Positions 37,996-50,211 are shown, counted from the stretch's first letter. The stretch: 64,000 bases of DNA from an uncultured Poribacteria bacterium (GCA_958296135.2 CATQHZ020000001.1:928001-992000), one strand, 5' to 3'. Notes: generated by a model not told the origin, from the sequence alone. A program made the numbers and translations.

Positions 37996-39519
37996 ATGTC
38001 ACAATCAATATACGGTGAAATGTCTTGTTCTTTTTGCAAGCGGGATAGTTCGCAAGTCCGCCGGCTCCTTCAGGGACCGCGGGCTAACATTTGCCTTCAA
38101 TGCATCGTCCGTCTTTCAGAAGCAACGCATGAGCATGCGACGTGTGCGTTCTGTGGGCTCAATAACACGCAGGTTGCGTCTGGGCTGCTGAGTGGACTTG
38201 AAGCAAACATCTGTCACGACTGCCTGGGTCAGTGCATTTCTGTTTGCAACGATGTTCTGGCGCAAGGGCCGAGTAACCGTGCTGCCGGTTCAGTGGATGC
38301 GTTTTCTCCCTCAAAATCGGAGAATGTGAACACGCGGCAGCGGCAGCCCCGTGGCCAGCGTGAGAGAGCAGAAAGCAAGAAAGAGCCCGAGGTCCCGAGT
38401 ATCCTTACTGAAGAACCGCCTACCCCCACCGAGATTAAGGCGCGGCTTGATGAATACGTCATCGGGCAGGAGCGCGCGAAAAAAGCGTTATCCGTCGCCG
38501 TTTATGCCCACTACAAACGCTTAAAACACGCTCTGACGCTAGGAAAGTCCACGGATGCTGACGATGTTGAGTTAGATAAGAGCAACATCTTGATGATGGG
38601 GCCGACCGGTACTGGGAAAACCCTGCTGGCGCAGACGCTTGCCCGCGTGTTGAACGTTCCGTTCGCGATTACGGATGCGACAACGTTGACGGAAGCGGGC
38701 TATGTTGGCGAGGATGTGGAAAACATTCTTCTTAAGCTTCTGCAAGCGGCGGATGGGGATGTTGCGCGCGCGGAAACCGGTATCATCTATATTGATGAGA
38801 TCGATAAAATTACCCGCAAATCCGAGAATCCTTCGATTACCCGCGATGTTTCCGGCGAGGGTGTGCAGCAGGCGTTGCTCAAGATTCTGGAAGGCACCGT
38901 TGCGAGTGTGCCACCCCGTGGTGGCCGCAAACACCCGCAGCAAGAGGTGATTCAGGTGAACACCAAGCCGGTTTTGTTTATCTGCGCTGGTACCTTTATC
39001 GGGTTAGAGAACCTTATCAAGCATCGGCTTGGAAAACGGCGCATCGGTTTCGGTTCCGAGATTCAGCCTGCCGGCGGCGCAACTTCCGTAGCCGCAAGGG
39101 ACACAATCCTCACCCAGGCGACACCGAAGGACCTGGTTCGATACGGCTTAATCCCTGAATTAATCGGCCGGCTGCCGATTGTGACAACCTTGCGTGAATT
39201 GGACGCATCGGCGTTAATCCGCATTTTGACGGAGCCGAAAAATGCGTTGGTGAAACAATACGCGCAACTTTTGGCCTACGAGGGTGTGCAATTAGTCGTC
39301 ACCGATGCGGCCTTATCCGCGATTGCGCAAAAAGTGATTGAGCGTGAGACCGGCGCGCGCGGGTTAAGGGCTGTGTTTGAAGACATCATGATGGATACGC
39401 TCTATCACCTCCCTTCGCTTGATGGGGTGGAAACGTGTCATGTTACGGAAGTGTGTGTGCTTGATAACGAGCCGCCGGAGCTGATTTACAGTGAGTCGGA
39501 GGAACGAAAAACGGCTTAG
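37996..39519 (+). CDS. clpX: ClpX ATPase with a duplicated N-terminal zinc-binding domain
   Basis: GPTGTGKT, '[14 protein letters not shown]', RKH, IGF loop, TGARGLR. Confidence 0.97.
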   Translation: MSQSIYGEMSCSFCKRDSSQVRRLLQGPRANICLQCIVRLSEATHEHATCAFCGLNNTQVASGLLSGLEANICHDCLGQCISVCNDVLAQGPSNRAAGSVDAFSPSKSENVNTRQRQPRGQRERAESKKEPEVPSILTEEPPTPTEIKARLDEYVIGQERAKKALSVAVYAHYKRLKHALTLGKSTDADDVELDKSNILMMGPTGTGKTLLAQTLARVLNVPFAITDATTLTEAGYVGEDVENILLKLLQAADGDVARAETGIIYIDEIDKITRKSENPSITRDVSGEGVQQALLKILEGTVASVPPRGGRKHPQQEVIQVNTKPVLFICAGTFIGLENLIKHRLGKRRIGFGSEIQPAGGATSVAARDTILTQATPKDLVRYGLIPELIGRLPIVTTLRELDASALIRILTEPKNALVKQYAQLLAYEGVQLVVTDAALSAIAQKVIERETGARGLRAVFEDIMMDTLYHLPSLDGVETCHVTEVCVLDNEPPELIYSESEERKTA

Positions 39520-39771
39520 TTGGCTTCTGTTCCGACAAAATTCACCGACTAGTGGAAAAATTCTTGATGCCACATTATTTCGTCAGGGGTGCTTTGCGCA
39601 AAACCTGGCATAAAAATTCTCTGACGAGAGGTGTCGGTTCCAATTAACCTCTATCGTTCGGCGTTGCCTGATTCCGCACGAGTCAAGTTCGGGTGTTTTG
39701 GTTTCCCTACAGCGGGGAGACGAATCAACCTCATCAAGAATTCGCCACTGCGCCATAAGGGAGGACAAAAA

Positions 39772-42207
39772 ATGTCAAGAGAACCTGAAATTATCCGCTT
39801 ACCCATTGTCTATCTGCCGCCAGATTTTGAGACGATTTTTCCGCGGTCCAAATCGCTTTTGAACGTTGCACGCAAGATGGGTGTCAGCGCGACGCACGCG
39901 GCACTCCGCGCCCAGCGGCGGATCATCCTTCTCCACCAAGTTTTCCCCATGGCAGCAGATGAAGAAGTCACCTCTTCTGAGCAGCTCCATGGTGTCGGTT
40001 CAGTTGCACATATCATTGAGTTCTATGAGCCGGGCGATGGCACTATCCGCCTTGCGGTTGAGGCGGAGCACCGCGCTATTGTCCTTCGGTGCGCGAATAT
40101 GGAAGAATTTTTGAAAGCGGAGGTGCAAGTTGTGCCGGAGGAACTCGGCTTGGCGAGTGCTGCTGCGCCGTTGATGCAGGAAGTCCGCAAACTTTTCGGA
40201 ACGTTCGCTGCCTCAATCAATGCTGGGGGCCGCCAGAAAGAGCTCGCCGAGATCAAAGGCACCTTAGATAAGCAGGAGGAGCCGGGCCACCTCGCCGATA
40301 CGCTTGCAGGATTCATACCGCTGTCTATAACAGACCGGCGCGTCGTCATTGAGGAGTTGAACCCGATAAAGCGGTTGCAGTTCGTTGGGCGGCTCTTGAA
40401 GGAAGAGTTGGAGCGTGTTGAGCTGAAGGATGACATCCATAATCAGGTGCGCGAATCTGTTCAGAAGACGCACCGCGAATTCTATCTTCAGGAGCAAATG
40501 AAGGTTATCCAGAAGGAGCTCGGGCGCGATGAAATCGCTGAGGTTGAGGAGCTGCGGGAGCAGGTGAAAGCTGCTGGGATGCCCGAGGAGGCGGAGGAGA
40601 AAGCCCTCAAGGAACTCGCTCGGCTTGCGCAGATTCCTCCGATGTCGGCTGAATCCGGCGTTATCCGCACGTATGTGGATTGTATTCTCGCCTTACCGTG
40701 GAACGAACGCACCGAGCATCAGGTGCAGCTCCCCGAGGCAGAACGCATTCTTGATGCAGACCATTATGGGTTAGCGAAGCCGAAGGAGAGCGTGCTGGAG
40801 TATCTCGCCGTTTTGCAGCTCGTCAAGCATTTGAAGGGCCCTATTCTCTGTCTTGTTGGGCCGCCGGGTGTGGGGAAGACATCGCTGGGGAAATCGATAG
40901 CCCGTGCTACCGGCAGAAAGTTTGTCCGCATGTCACTCGGTGGGGTGCGAGATGAGGCGGAGATTCGGGGGCATAGACGTACCTATATCGGCTCGATTCC
41001 GGGGCGTATTCTCCAGGGGCTTCGCGATGTGAAATCGAAAAACCCGCTGTTCTTGCTGGACGAGATTGACAAGTTGAGCTCTGATTTCCGGGGAGACCCG
41101 GCCTCAGCACTCCTTGAAGTGTTGGACCCGGAACAGAACGCCACTTTCCGGGACCACTACCTCGATATCCCGTTCGATCTTTCAGATGTGATGTTCGTTA
41201 CGACAGCGAACACGCGTATCACTATTCCGGCTGCGCTTCAAGATAGGATGGACATCATCGAGTTGCCGGGCTACACCGATTTCGAGAAGCACAACATCGC
41301 TACCTTCGCGCCGAATGGGCTAATTCCAAAGCAGCTCAAGTTGCACGGTTTGTCGGAAGAGCACATTAAGTTTACGGAGGAGGCGATTTTTGAAATCGTT
41401 CACAAGTATACCCGCGAGGCAGGTGTTCGCAATCTTGAGCGTTCTATCACTAGCGTCTGTCGCAAAATTGCGAGGCAGATTGTGACGGATGACACGCCGG
41501 AGATTGAAGTTGACATCACGCCGTTGAACCTGAGTGACTACCTCGGTCCTGCGAAGTGGACGCGCACGAAGGCAGAGGAGCACGACGAGATCGGTGTCGC
41601 GACCGGGCTGGTTTGGACGCAAATCGGCGGCGATATCGTTTCCGTTGAAGCGACAACGATGCAGGGTGAGGGGAAGTTGAACATGACGGGGCAATTGCAG
41701 GAAGTGATGCGCGAATCGGTGCAAACTGCTGTGGCCTATATCCGTTCTAACGCTGAATCTTTTGGGCTTAGCGGGCATCGTTTTGATGAACAGGAGCTCC
41801 ATATCCATATTCCGGAAGGTGCTGTGCCGAAGGATGGCCCCTCTGCAGGCATCACTGTTGCGACGGCGATTCTGTCGGCGTTAACGGGCAGAGCGGTTCG
41901 CAAGGATGTCGCCATGACAGGTGAGATAACGCTCCGGGGGCGGGTTCTAACCATCGGCGGGCTCAAGGAGAAGGCACTCGCCGCCTATCGCAATGGCATT
42001 TGTGACATCATTATTCCGGAAGAGAACGAGAAGGATTTGGCGGACATCCCGACAGAGATTCGGGAGGGGCTTCACTTCCACAAAGTAACGGACATGACGC
42101 AGGTGCTGTCGATAGCCTTCGCCGATGGCGAGGGGCTGGTTTCGGATGCGGCGGACATGCCGGTGCCAACGGCGGATGTGCTTTTGGGTGAAGATTTCAC
42201 CGGTTAA
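39772..42207 (+). CDS. lon: Lon protease
   Basis: [30 protein letters not shown]. Confidence 0.97.
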   Translation: MSREPEIIRLPIVYLPPDFETIFPRSKSLLNVARKMGVSATHAALRAQRRIILLHQVFPMAADEEVTSSEQLHGVGSVAHIIEFYEPGDGTIRLAVEAEHRAIVLRCANMEEFLKAEVQVVPEELGLASAAAPLMQEVRKLFGTFAASINAGGRQKELAEIKGTLDKQEEPGHLADTLAGFIPLSITDRRVVIEELNPIKRLQFVGRLLKEELERVELKDDIHNQVRESVQKTHREFYLQEQMKVIQKELGRDEIAEVEELREQVKAAGMPEEAEEKALKELARLAQIPPMSAESGVIRTYVDCILALPWNERTEHQVQLPEAERILDADHYGLAKPKESVLEYLAVLQLVKHLKGPILCLVGPPGVGKTSLGKSIARATGRKFVRMSLGGVRDEAEIRGHRRTYIGSIPGRILQGLRDVKSKNPLFLLDEIDKLSSDFRGDPASALLEVLDPEQNATFRDHYLDIPFDLSDVMFVTTANTRITIPAALQDRMDIIELPGYTDFEKHNIATFAPNGLIPKQLKLHGLSEEHIKFTEEAIFEIVHKYTREAGVRNLERSITSVCRKIARQIVTDDTPEIEVDITPLNLSDYLGPAKWTRTKAEEHDEIGVATGLVWTQIGGDIVSVEATTMQGEGKLNMTGQLQEVMRESVQTAVAYIRSNAESFGLSGHRFDEQELHIHIPEGAVPKDGPSAGITVATAILSALTGRAVRKDVAMTGEITLRGRVLTIGGLKEKALAAYRNGICDIIIPEENEKDLADIPTEIREGLHFHKVTDMTQVLSIAFADGEGLVSDAADMPVPTADVLLGEDFTG

Positions 42208-42342
42208 TTTTTCGGTGGGATGCTGCAGGAACCCCGTAGGCGTATTAATGTGGGTGCGTATGATTGATAAGGCATCGAGACGCGGAATGTCTCTCCTACC
42301 CCGTAGGCGTATTAATGTGTGTGCGTATCCCTGGGACATAAT

Positions 42343-42627
42343 ATGCGATTGGACAAATTCCTACAAGTGAGCCGTCTTGTGAAGCGGCGAACTGTGGCAA
42401 ACACGCTCTGCAACCGTGGCAAGGTTTACGTCAATGGCCACCCTGCAAAGGCTGGGAGGGCCCTGGCTGTCGGCGATATTCTCCGTTTACCGGCACCGGA
42501 ACCGGCATTCACCGAGCTCGGTGCGCCAGAACGCGACGCTGTTGAGCCTGAATACGAGGTGCTAGAGATTCCCTCTGGGAATGTTTCACGCGCTCGTGCG
42601 CCGACGTTATACCGGCTCCGGCGATAG
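42343..42627 (+). CDS. S4-domain RNA-binding protein (YabO/RqcP/Hsp15-like)
   Basis: 'MRLDKFL..SRLVKRRT.A...C..G.V.VNG..AK'. Confidence 0.88.
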   Translation: MRLDKFLQVSRLVKRRTVANTLCNRGKVYVNGHPAKAGRALAVGDILRLPAPEPAFTELGAPERDAVEPEYEVLEIPSGNVSRARAPTLYRLRR

Positions 42628-42690
42628 GAGGGGAGCCCCAAGAACAACGGAGTTATCGCCGACGGCGATGACAGCCCTGGGAATCAGGAT

Positions 42691-43743
42691 ATGAACGCAC
42701 AGACACCCTCCAACGCACGCTTTGCGCCAGTACAAAAATCGCTGCCACGTATCGGCATTACGATGGGGGATGCTGCGGGTATCGGTCCGGAAATCATCGT
42801 CAAGGCGCTGGCAGCCCCGGGTCTCTATGAGGTGTGCCGTCCGATCGTCATCGGCAGTGCGGCAATCATAGAGGCCGCGCTGAGGTTCGCGCCGGCGGGG
42901 TGCGAGCGAGCGGTGCGGCTGACAGATATAGAGAGCTGTTCTTACCCTGATGGCACGATTGATGTGCTGAATATCACTTCCTTGTCACCTTCGGAGATTG
43001 CGTTGGGTAGCATCGATGCGCGTGCCGGTGCTGCCGCCGTGAAGGCAATTGAGGTTGCAACGCGCCTTGCGCTAGATGGGCAACTTGATGGCATCGCGAC
43101 CGCGCCTATCTGCAAGGCATCCATCCATCTCGCCGGTTGCCCGTACCCCGGGCATACCGAGATACTCACCGCGCTGACGCACACCGCTAAAAGTGTCATG
43201 ATGCTTCAGTCCGAGCGTTTGACTATTTCTTTCGTTACAAACCACATTCCGTTGGCAGAAGTTCCGAAACACCTCTCGGTGGAAAGAATTGTAGATGTCG
43301 TATGCATCACACGAGCGGCCCTTGTCCGCGGCGGTATTCCCTATCCGCGTCTTGTTGTCGCAGGATTAAACCCGCACGCCGGCGAAAAGGGGATGTTTGG
43401 AGAAGAGGAGAGACAGCTGATTGCCCCGGCGATTGCGGAAGCGAAAAGGCGGCTCGGCTTGCAAAAATGTGGTACCATTGCCGGTCCTTTGCCTGCGGAT
43501 ACCCTTTTCATTTCAGCGAGCCAAGGGCGTTGGGACGCGGTGATTGCTATGTATCACGACCAGGGTAACATCCCGATAAAACTTCTCGCCTTTGGTGAAA
43601 TTGTCAACATCACGCTCGGTTTGCCGATTGTGCGCACGAGCGTAGACCACGGGACGGCGTTTGATATTGCTGGTAAGGGCGTTGCCAACGAAACGAGCCT
43701 CGTCGCGGCGATAAAATGCGCTGCACGGCTATGTAACTTGTAG
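42691..43743 (+). CDS. pdxA: 4-hydroxythreonine-4-phosphate dehydrogenase
   Basis: MGDAAGIGPE, GHTE, LNPHAGE, MYHDQG, RTSVDHGTAFDIAG. Confidence 0.95.
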   Translation: MNAQTPSNARFAPVQKSLPRIGITMGDAAGIGPEIIVKALAAPGLYEVCRPIVIGSAAIIEAALRFAPAGCERAVRLTDIESCSYPDGTIDVLNITSLSPSEIALGSIDARAGAAAVKAIEVATRLALDGQLDGIATAPICKASIHLAGCPYPGHTEILTALTHTAKSVMMLQSERLTISFVTNHIPLAEVPKHLSVERIVDVVCITRAALVRGGIPYPRLVVAGLNPHAGEKGMFGEEERQLIAPAIAEAKRRLGLQKCGTIAGPLPADTLFISASQGRWDAVIAMYHDQGNIPIKLLAFGEIVNITLGLPIVRTSVDHGTAFDIAGKGVANETSLVAAIKCAARLCNL

Positions 43744-43791
43744 TCCGAGGGGGGCTGTTCCTCGCCGTACGCTGCCCTGAGTAAAAAAACG

Positions 43792-46700
43792 ATGCTCAAA
43801 AGATTACTCCTACTTTCCTTTGCAATATGCCTCTCCTTTCATATAGGATTGTCCGCGAACGCCGCAGAAATCGCGCCGCTAAAAATTGTCGCTATTTCTG
43901 CGGATACTTTGACAGTTCGCTTCACACTGCCGGCGTTACAGTTAGACGAAGCCGAGAGCGGTGCTACTGTCTATTTTGAAGGTTCGGATTGGACGCTTGA
44001 TGCTGGGCTGCCCCGTCTGCCTATCTACACCCGGCTCATCGGCATTCCTGTTGTCGGCACGCCTATTGTCACCGTGATTCGGGCGCACCCAGAGATAAAG
44101 ACGGTTCAGGCTGTCGTCTCCAACCCGCTTGTAGCAGACGGGCACATCTCTTCGTTGACACATTTCTATCCGCAACGGCTCGTGGAAGTCGTGCCGAGTG
44201 GGTTTGTCCGAGAACGGCGTATCGCGGGTTTGCAAATCAATCCTGTGCAGTTCAATCCGGCGACGCGGCAGTTAAAAATCTTCTCTTCCGTGGAATTCCG
44301 TATTTACTTTCCCGGTGCGCCTGTGGGGCTAGCTGCACCGGCGGCATCTGTCGCCAGTTCCCGGCAATATGAAGCGATGTTCCAAGACATGCTGTTTAAC
44401 TACACTCAGGCGCGCCAATGGAGAAAACAGCGGGGCCCATCGCCATTAAGGCCGGGGATGCGAGACTTGACGACGTTGCGTCGGCCTGGTGAGCAAACCT
44501 TCGCTGCGCCAGAGCTGCCCGCTGAGCGCATTGCGACAGACAAAAAACAGCGGTTTAAGATACCTGTCACCCAGACGGCTCTGTATCGCATCACCTATAA
44601 CAATTTGAAGGCGGCAGGGGTTGCGCCGGAAACGATTAACTTTGACAGCATTCGTCTGGATAGCGGTGGACAGAAGCAGGGAATCTATATCTTTGACGAG
44701 AACGAAAATGAGACGCTGGATAGCGGCGAGAAGTTGGTATTCTATGGGCGCGCGCTGATTGACAATAAATTTACTGATGAGAACATCTATTGGCTCAGTT
44801 TTTCCACTGTTGGGGATAGTGTTCCTGTTGAAACGTCGCGCGTGGGAGAACGCGATGCAACCCCGCGCACGCAAAACCTCGTTGCGCCGCGCGCGTTTTT
44901 GACTCGCACCCGTGTGGAAGAAGACGTACATCATGATGTGTTAGCCGGGTCTGATATTAAGTCCGAATTGGCAGACCACTATTTCTGGGTGGCGTTCCGC
45001 GGCGGCAACATTGATACGAGCCGCAAGGATTTCCCCATCACGCTTCCGGGTGCGGCACCGCGGCTGGAGATTAATCGGACTGCGACGTTGCGCGTTAAAT
45101 TCCAAGGGGCGTCCCGTAGAGGTATAGCACTTCACCGCGCCCGGTTGGCTTTCAACGGTATACAACTAGGACGTGTCGAGGAGTGGAAACGCCAAGCCTC
45201 GCAGATTGCAACACGCAATCTGGAACATCGGCTTATCCATGCAGACCAGGTGAATTTCATGCGTATTGAGGCACTTGACACGAACAAGACCGCGGAGGGT
45301 GCCTACGATTTCTATTTGGACTGGTATGAATTGGATTACTGGCACGATTTCGCGGCGGAGAATAACCGCCTAGAATTCAATTCCAACACGGAACCCCGCA
45401 GTCGGGGCACCGTGCAATACCGCGTGACAAACCTCTTTGATGAGGAGATAGATGTGTATCAACTTGGCGATGGCGGCATCAGGAGTAGGCTTGTCGGCGG
45501 TGAAGTCACCCGGGGCGGTGCGACGCGTCGTCTGCTGTTTGAAGATAACATTACACAACATACGCGCTATTTTGTCATCGGTAGCACGGCGTATCGGAGC
45601 ATCAACGCGCTCGTGCCGACACCGCCGCCGACGCTCAGGAATCCTGCCAACCAAGCCGATTACATTGTCATCACGCATCCGACGTTTCGCGAGCGTATCC
45701 AGCCACTCGTTGACTTTCGGCGTTCGCAAGACTTGACAACCTTGGTGGTTGACATCGGCGATGTTTACGATGAATTTAGCGATGGGCTGTTTAATCCGTT
45801 TGCGATTCAGAAGTTTTTGCGGTATGCGTATACGAGTTGGCAGCGGCCTGCGCCGACTTATGTTGTGCTTGTTGGCGATGCGCACTACGATTACAAGAAT
45901 GCGACGGTGCAGCGCTACCGCCGCGACCCGAATTTTCGGGGTACCTACGATTTGTACCCGATTTTTGTGCCGACATACCATGGCTGGGCACCAGAGTGCG
46001 GTGAGACCGCCATGGATCATCGGTTTGTGAACATCAGCGGCGAGGATGCGCTGCCGGATATGCAGATCGGTAGGCTTTCTGTCCAAACGCCTGAAGAGCT
46101 CAGGGTGATGGTGCAGAAGATTATCAATTACGAACAAAACCTGAAGCCGGGACGCTGGCAAGCCACGTTAATCCAAGTTGCTGATGATAATTCGGACAAT
46201 CCCACCGATGGCATTTTTGAGGCATCCCGCGATGAGCTCATTCGGGATACTATTCCCGTTGGCTATGACACGCGCCAGATCTACCTCCGGAAAGTGAAGA
46301 GTCCTGTTTTAACGAGTTCGCTGATTCGTCGTGCGCTGAATGAAGGCGCGCTTGCTATTGAATACGCTGGGCACGGTGGCATCCAGACTTGGGCAGACGA
46401 GTCAATTTTCCGCATTGAGGATGTGGTCAATTTGCGGAACCGGTACCTTCCGTTTGTCATCACGACGACATGTCTGAATGGGCAGTTTGATAAACCGCAG
46501 CAGGTTGGCAACTTCTGTCTCAGTGAGCAGTTTTTGTTAGGCGAGTATGGTGCGATTGCGACGCTTTCTGCGACGCGGCTCACTTACGCTTCCGCAAACG
46601 CCGAGTTTGACAAAGACCTTTTTAAGTCCTTGTTTTCTGTCTCGCCTGCGAGTGTTGGAAACATTGTTGCGGATGCGAAGATCAAGTTTATCACGCGTAT

Positions 46701-49700
46701 CCGAAACCAGCTGTGGATTCCCGGTACTGAGCAGTATACGCTCTTCGGGGATCCGGCGACGCGGCTTGCGCGGCCCGATTTGGAAATCCGGGTTGAATTG
46801 GAACGCATTGCCGTTAACGATACGCAAGAGCTTGTTGTCCAGCAGAATGAAGTTGGTACGTGGATAAATAACATCGAGAACGTAGTCAATGACGGTTCTG
46901 GTAAGATTGCGGAGTTGCCCGAGGACAGTCAGCCGAATGCTTGGCGAAAAGCAGAAGATTTTGGCACAGAGGCACTTACAGCCACCGCCGCGTTCGCGAA
47001 TAATTTTGACGATGATTTGGGCAATGAACTCGTTCGGCGCGCCACGGGCCGCGTATGGCAGGGTGAATACGGCACGATGCGCCTTCAAATTCCTAACAAC
47101 GCGCTCCCCGGTAGCGGCGTTGTCCGCTTGTTTGCTTTTGATGATACCCGTGCTGCTGTCGGTGGTGCCCGCTTTTGGGTGGAAACGCCTGTCGTGCGAG
47201 ACATCTATGAAGTCTTGGATATTCCGACGGATACGCTGAGTATCAGTGTTCTCATTGTTGATGACAAGGGGGCGGCGGGCATCCGCAGCATCAGCGTGTT
47301 GTGGGACGATACGGCGCGGTTTGAGGACGCGACGGTACCGATGGTGAGGGTTCCTGTCGGTAGTGCGGCGGCACAGGCTTTGGCACAACGAGGGGATGTT
47401 CCACAAGGTGGCCAGTGGTATCAGTTGCAAACGCTTATCCCCCTTCCTCAGAGCGGCAGGCAAGTGCGTTACCGTATTCGCGTCACAGATAGCACTGGGC
47501 ACGAAGTGGCACATCCCTCGAAAACGGAGCGGAGCATCGTCAAGGTGCCGGAGGGCCCGAATATCGCGGTGGGCACTGATGAAACCGCCAAAGAGCCGAT
47601 CCGCTACCAGTTCAGCGAGGCGAAAGATGGGTATGAATTGGTTGCTGAGTTGATTAACAACGGTGGCCGGTTTGTCCAAGCTGATATTGATGTGGTGTTC
47701 GCGGAGGGAAATCCGGATGCCGATGGCGATAGCCGAGTTGACGAAGAGGCTGATATTTTGGGTATCACGACTGTCAAAGCGGCTGATTGGGAGGAGGGTA
47801 CGTATGCGTTGCAACGCGCTACTGCTGTTATTGATATCCACCCTCTTGGCACGGGTGTGCATAAGATTTACGCGCTGGCAGACCCGGAGGAAGATGATAG
47901 CGACAAGATTCTCGGTGCTGTTCAGGAGGTGCGCGTTTTTGATAACAAGAAGTATGTCTCTTTCATTGTCAACGATTTTAACTACAAACCTGCCGAGGAG
48001 ATCACGGCGTTTAGCCTCGACCGGGTGTTTGACATCCACTTCCCGCCCGGTGTGATTGCGACGAAAAATGAAGGCATTCCGCTCTCTGTCTCTTCGTCGG
48101 CCCCGGAAAAGGTGGTGCAGCCGGACATCCAGTTTGCGCCGATTCCGCGCGTCGCCGCCTTGCGCCGTGGGCTGATTCGGCAGGGAGACGCGGTTGCCCA
48201 ACACTATTCGGCAGCCTTTCGCACGGGGCATACCACGTTAGAGAAACCCGCCGAGGTCAAACTCCGTTTTGATGTGAGTGCGCTGGCAGACATCGTGCGC
48301 GAAAATAGCGAGCTCCGTCCAGGTACGCCAGCGTTTCAAGCTGCTGTTGCTGAAACAGCGTCGCAACTTGCTATTTATTCGTGGCAGGCGGATGCTGCTG
48401 CTTGGCGGCGTTTAGCATCACAAATTGCGCGTGTAACTGCGGAGAGCGGTGCCGATTTTCTATTGGAGAACTATGTTACCCCTATCCAGATAGAGAACGC
48501 CAGTGAACAGGAGCTCACTGCCGATGACATTACCATCAACCCGAACCTCACGCCGGCTGGAAGTTGGGTGATTCTGTTTTTAGATTCGTCGCAATATGAG
48601 GTATTTCTCAAGCGGAAAGGCGAGGCACTCATCCAGAAATTGGACAAGGCGGGGCAGCTGGACATCCCTTTGCGCGAGGAGGCGTTCGGGTTAGAACTGC
48701 TAATTCCGAGTCAAGAAAGCACACCGCTGGGGCAAAATCTCGCCTTTGAATTCGCCGATGTGCTAGCATTTGAGACTGACTATGACAGGCAGGGTGATGT
48801 TGTTCTTGTCGGTACGCGCAATGCGAACGCGGGGAACGGCAGTGCCAGCGTCAGTGCCCGCCTTGGCCCGAAGGCAGGATTTGAAGTAGGCGATTGGTTC
48901 ATCTTCTTTACCGGTCCCGCGGGTTATGAGATTCGTGATGCTGCGACGGACCCGGTGCATTTGCCGAACGGTGTCCAAGTGCGCGGAAAAATCGGTGAGA
49001 GTCTTTTCCTCAGTCACCTCGGTCTTGAAATTCTGGTGAACAGTAGCACAGAAAACTTTGAGTTTGGCGATAAGATTAAATTCAGCAGTGCGCGCGTTGG
49101 CACGATTACGGCAGAAGTGACAGCACTTACTCCCTTCGCGCTGATGCGTAGCACCGATACCACGCCGCCCTCTTTTCAGATTTGGGTGGATGGCCTCCAA
49201 CCGCAGACTGGCAGCGTTATCCCCCCGCGTCCGACTATTTCCCTTTTAATTGAAGACACGAACGGTATTGATATTGAGACCCTCACGCTTGCGAGACGGA
49301 AAGATAGCGGCGAATTTGAACCTATTCTTGAGGATTCAGGTGCGCGAGGGACGGGCCCTCGCGCACCGGTTACGGAGCACACCTATCAACGCCGCACCGA
49401 GAGCGGCATCTACTCCGTGCCAATTGACTACAAGCCGATCTTATTCCCCGGCGAATGGACTTTTGACATTCGCGCGCAGGACTTCAACGGTAACCCCCTT
49501 GGCGGTGAGGATGGCGGCATCACCTACCGCTTTTTCGTCATAGAGGAACCGGACCTCACGCCGCCTGAGATTGAAATCCAGATCGTGTCTACAGACACCG
49601 ATTCGGATGCGCCGCCGCTGCTTTTCGCCGATGGTGCCGTGCTAACCGAGCAACCGCATTTTGACATCAGGCTCACCGATGATGGCGCGATTGACGGGCC

Positions 49701-50211
49701 CACCTTTAGTCTCGCCTTAAGTCAGGTCTACGAACAACCGGTGCCGTTGGATGCATCGGCTTATGCCTTCCGGTTCGATGCTGCCGCGCCGACGACTGCG
49801 AACGCCACTTTCGCGCCAGACCTGGTTAACGGCGACTATCAGCTCTACATCATGGCAGCCGACACGAGTCAAAACACGGCGGAGTTGTCGGTATCCTTCA
49901 CCTTAAATGAGGCGGTCGCGCTTCGCGAAGTCTTCAACGTCCCGAATCCTACACCTGATGGCAGAACAGCGTTTACCTATCAGCTCGCGCAGCCGCCGGA
50001 TACGGTAAGCATCAAGATTTACACTGTTGCTGGCAGGCTTATCCGCACGTTGTTAGATGCGAGTGCGCGCCGCGGCACGAATGAGACGCAGTGGGATGGC
50101 CGCGATGAGACAGGTGTCCGCTGTGCGAATGGAGTCTATCTCTATCGAGTTATTGCGCATACGGCAGAGGGGCGTGTGGAGCAGGTTGGGAAGTTGGCGA
50201 TTTTGCGGTGA
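43792..50211 (+). CDS. Large secreted C25 (gingipain/PorU-like) cysteine peptidase with propeptide, Ig-like domains and a FlgD-Ig C-terminus
   Basis: Signal peptide; 'ADYIVIT', 'LVGDA', 'IGRL', YAGHGG, TTTCLNG, 'LFGDP'; C-terminal 'PNP..IKIYTVAGRLIR..WDGRD..G.Y.Y'. Confidence 0.88.
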   Translation: MLKRLLLLSFAICLSFHIGLSANAAEIAPLKIVAISADTLTVRFTLPALQLDEAESGATVYFEGSDWTLDAGLPRLPIYTRLIGIPVVGTPIVTVIRAHPEIKTVQAVVSNPLVADGHISSLTHFYPQRLVEVVPSGFVRERRIAGLQINPVQFNPATRQLKIFSSVEFRIYFPGAPVGLAAPAASVASSRQYEAMFQDMLFNYTQARQWRKQRGPSPLRPGMRDLTTLRRPGEQTFAAPELPAERIATDKKQRFKIPVTQTALYRITYNNLKAAGVAPETINFDSIRLDSGGQKQGIYIFDENENETLDSGEKLVFYGRALIDNKFTDENIYWLSFSTVGDSVPVETSRVGERDATPRTQNLVAPRAFLTRTRVEEDVHHDVLAGSDIKSELADHYFWVAFRGGNIDTSRKDFPITLPGAAPRLEINRTATLRVKFQGASRRGIALHRARLAFNGIQLGRVEEWKRQASQIATRNLEHRLIHADQVNFMRIEALDTNKTAEGAYDFYLDWYELDYWHDFAAENNRLEFNSNTEPRSRGTVQYRVTNLFDEEIDVYQLGDGGIRSRLVGGEVTRGGATRRLLFEDNITQHTRYFVIGSTAYRSINALVPTPPPTLRNPANQADYIVITHPTFRERIQPLVDFRRSQDLTTLVVDIGDVYDEFSDGLFNPFAIQKFLRYAYTSWQRPAPTYVVLVGDAHYDYKNATVQRYRRDPNFRGTYDLYPIFVPTYHGWAPECGETAMDHRFVNISGEDALPDMQIGRLSVQTPEELRVMVQKIINYEQNLKPGRWQATLIQVADDNSDNPTDGIFEASRDELIRDTIPVGYDTRQIYLRKVKSPVLTSSLIRRALNEGALAIEYAGHGGIQTWADESIFRIEDVVNLRNRYLPFVITTTCLNGQFDKPQQVGNFCLSEQFLLGEYGAIATLSATRLTYASANAEFDKDLFKSLFSVSPASVGNIVADAKIKFITRIRNQLWIPGTEQYTLFGDPATRLARPDLEIRVELERIAVNDTQELVVQQNEVGTWINNIENVVNDGSGKIAELPEDSQPNAWRKAEDFGTEALTATAAFANNFDDDLGNELVRRATGRVWQGEYGTMRLQIPNNALPGSGVVRLFAFDDTRAAVGGARFWVETPVVRDIYEVLDIPTDTLSISVLIVDDKGAAGIRSISVLWDDTARFEDATVPMVRVPVGSAAAQALAQRGDVPQGGQWYQLQTLIPLPQSGRQVRYRIRVTDSTGHEVAHPSKTERSIVKVPEGPNIAVGTDETAKEPIRYQFSEAKDGYELVAELINNGGRFVQADIDVVFAEGNPDADGDSRVDEEADILGITTVKAADWEEGTYALQRATAVIDIHPLGTGVHKIYALADPEEDDSDKILGAVQEVRVFDNKKYVSFIVNDFNYKPAEEITAFSLDRVFDIHFPPGVIATKNEGIPLSVSSSAPEKVVQPDIQFAPIPRVAALRRGLIRQGDAVAQHYSAAFRTGHTTLEKPAEVKLRFDVSALADIVRENSELRPGTPAFQAAVAETASQLAIYSWQADAAAWRRLASQIARVTAESGADFLLENYVTPIQIENASEQELTADDITINPNLTPAGSWVILFLDSSQYEVFLKRKGEALIQKLDKAGQLDIPLREEAFGLELLIPSQESTPLGQNLAFEFADVLAFETDYDRQGDVVLVGTRNANAGNGSASVSARLGPKAGFEVGDWFIFFTGPAGYEIRDAATDPVHLPNGVQVRGKIGESLFLSHLGLEILVNSSTENFEFGDKIKFSSARVGTITAEVTALTPFALMRSTDTTPPSFQIWVDGLQPQTGSVIPPRPTISLLIEDTNGIDIETLTLARRKDSGEFEPILEDSGARGTGPRAPVTEHTYQRRTESGIYSVPIDYKPILFPGEWTFDIRAQDFNGNPLGGEDGGITYRFFVIEEPDLTPPEIEIQIVSTDTDSDAPPLLFADGAVLTEQPHFDIRLTDDGAIDGPTFSLALSQVYEQPVPLDASAYAFRFDAAAPTTANATFAPDLVNGDYQLYIMAADTSQNTAELSVSFTLNEAVALREVFNVPNPTPDGRTAFTYQLAQPPDTVSIKIYTVAGRLIRTLLDASARRGTNETQWDGRDETGVRCANGVYLYRVIAHTAEGRVEQVGKLAILR

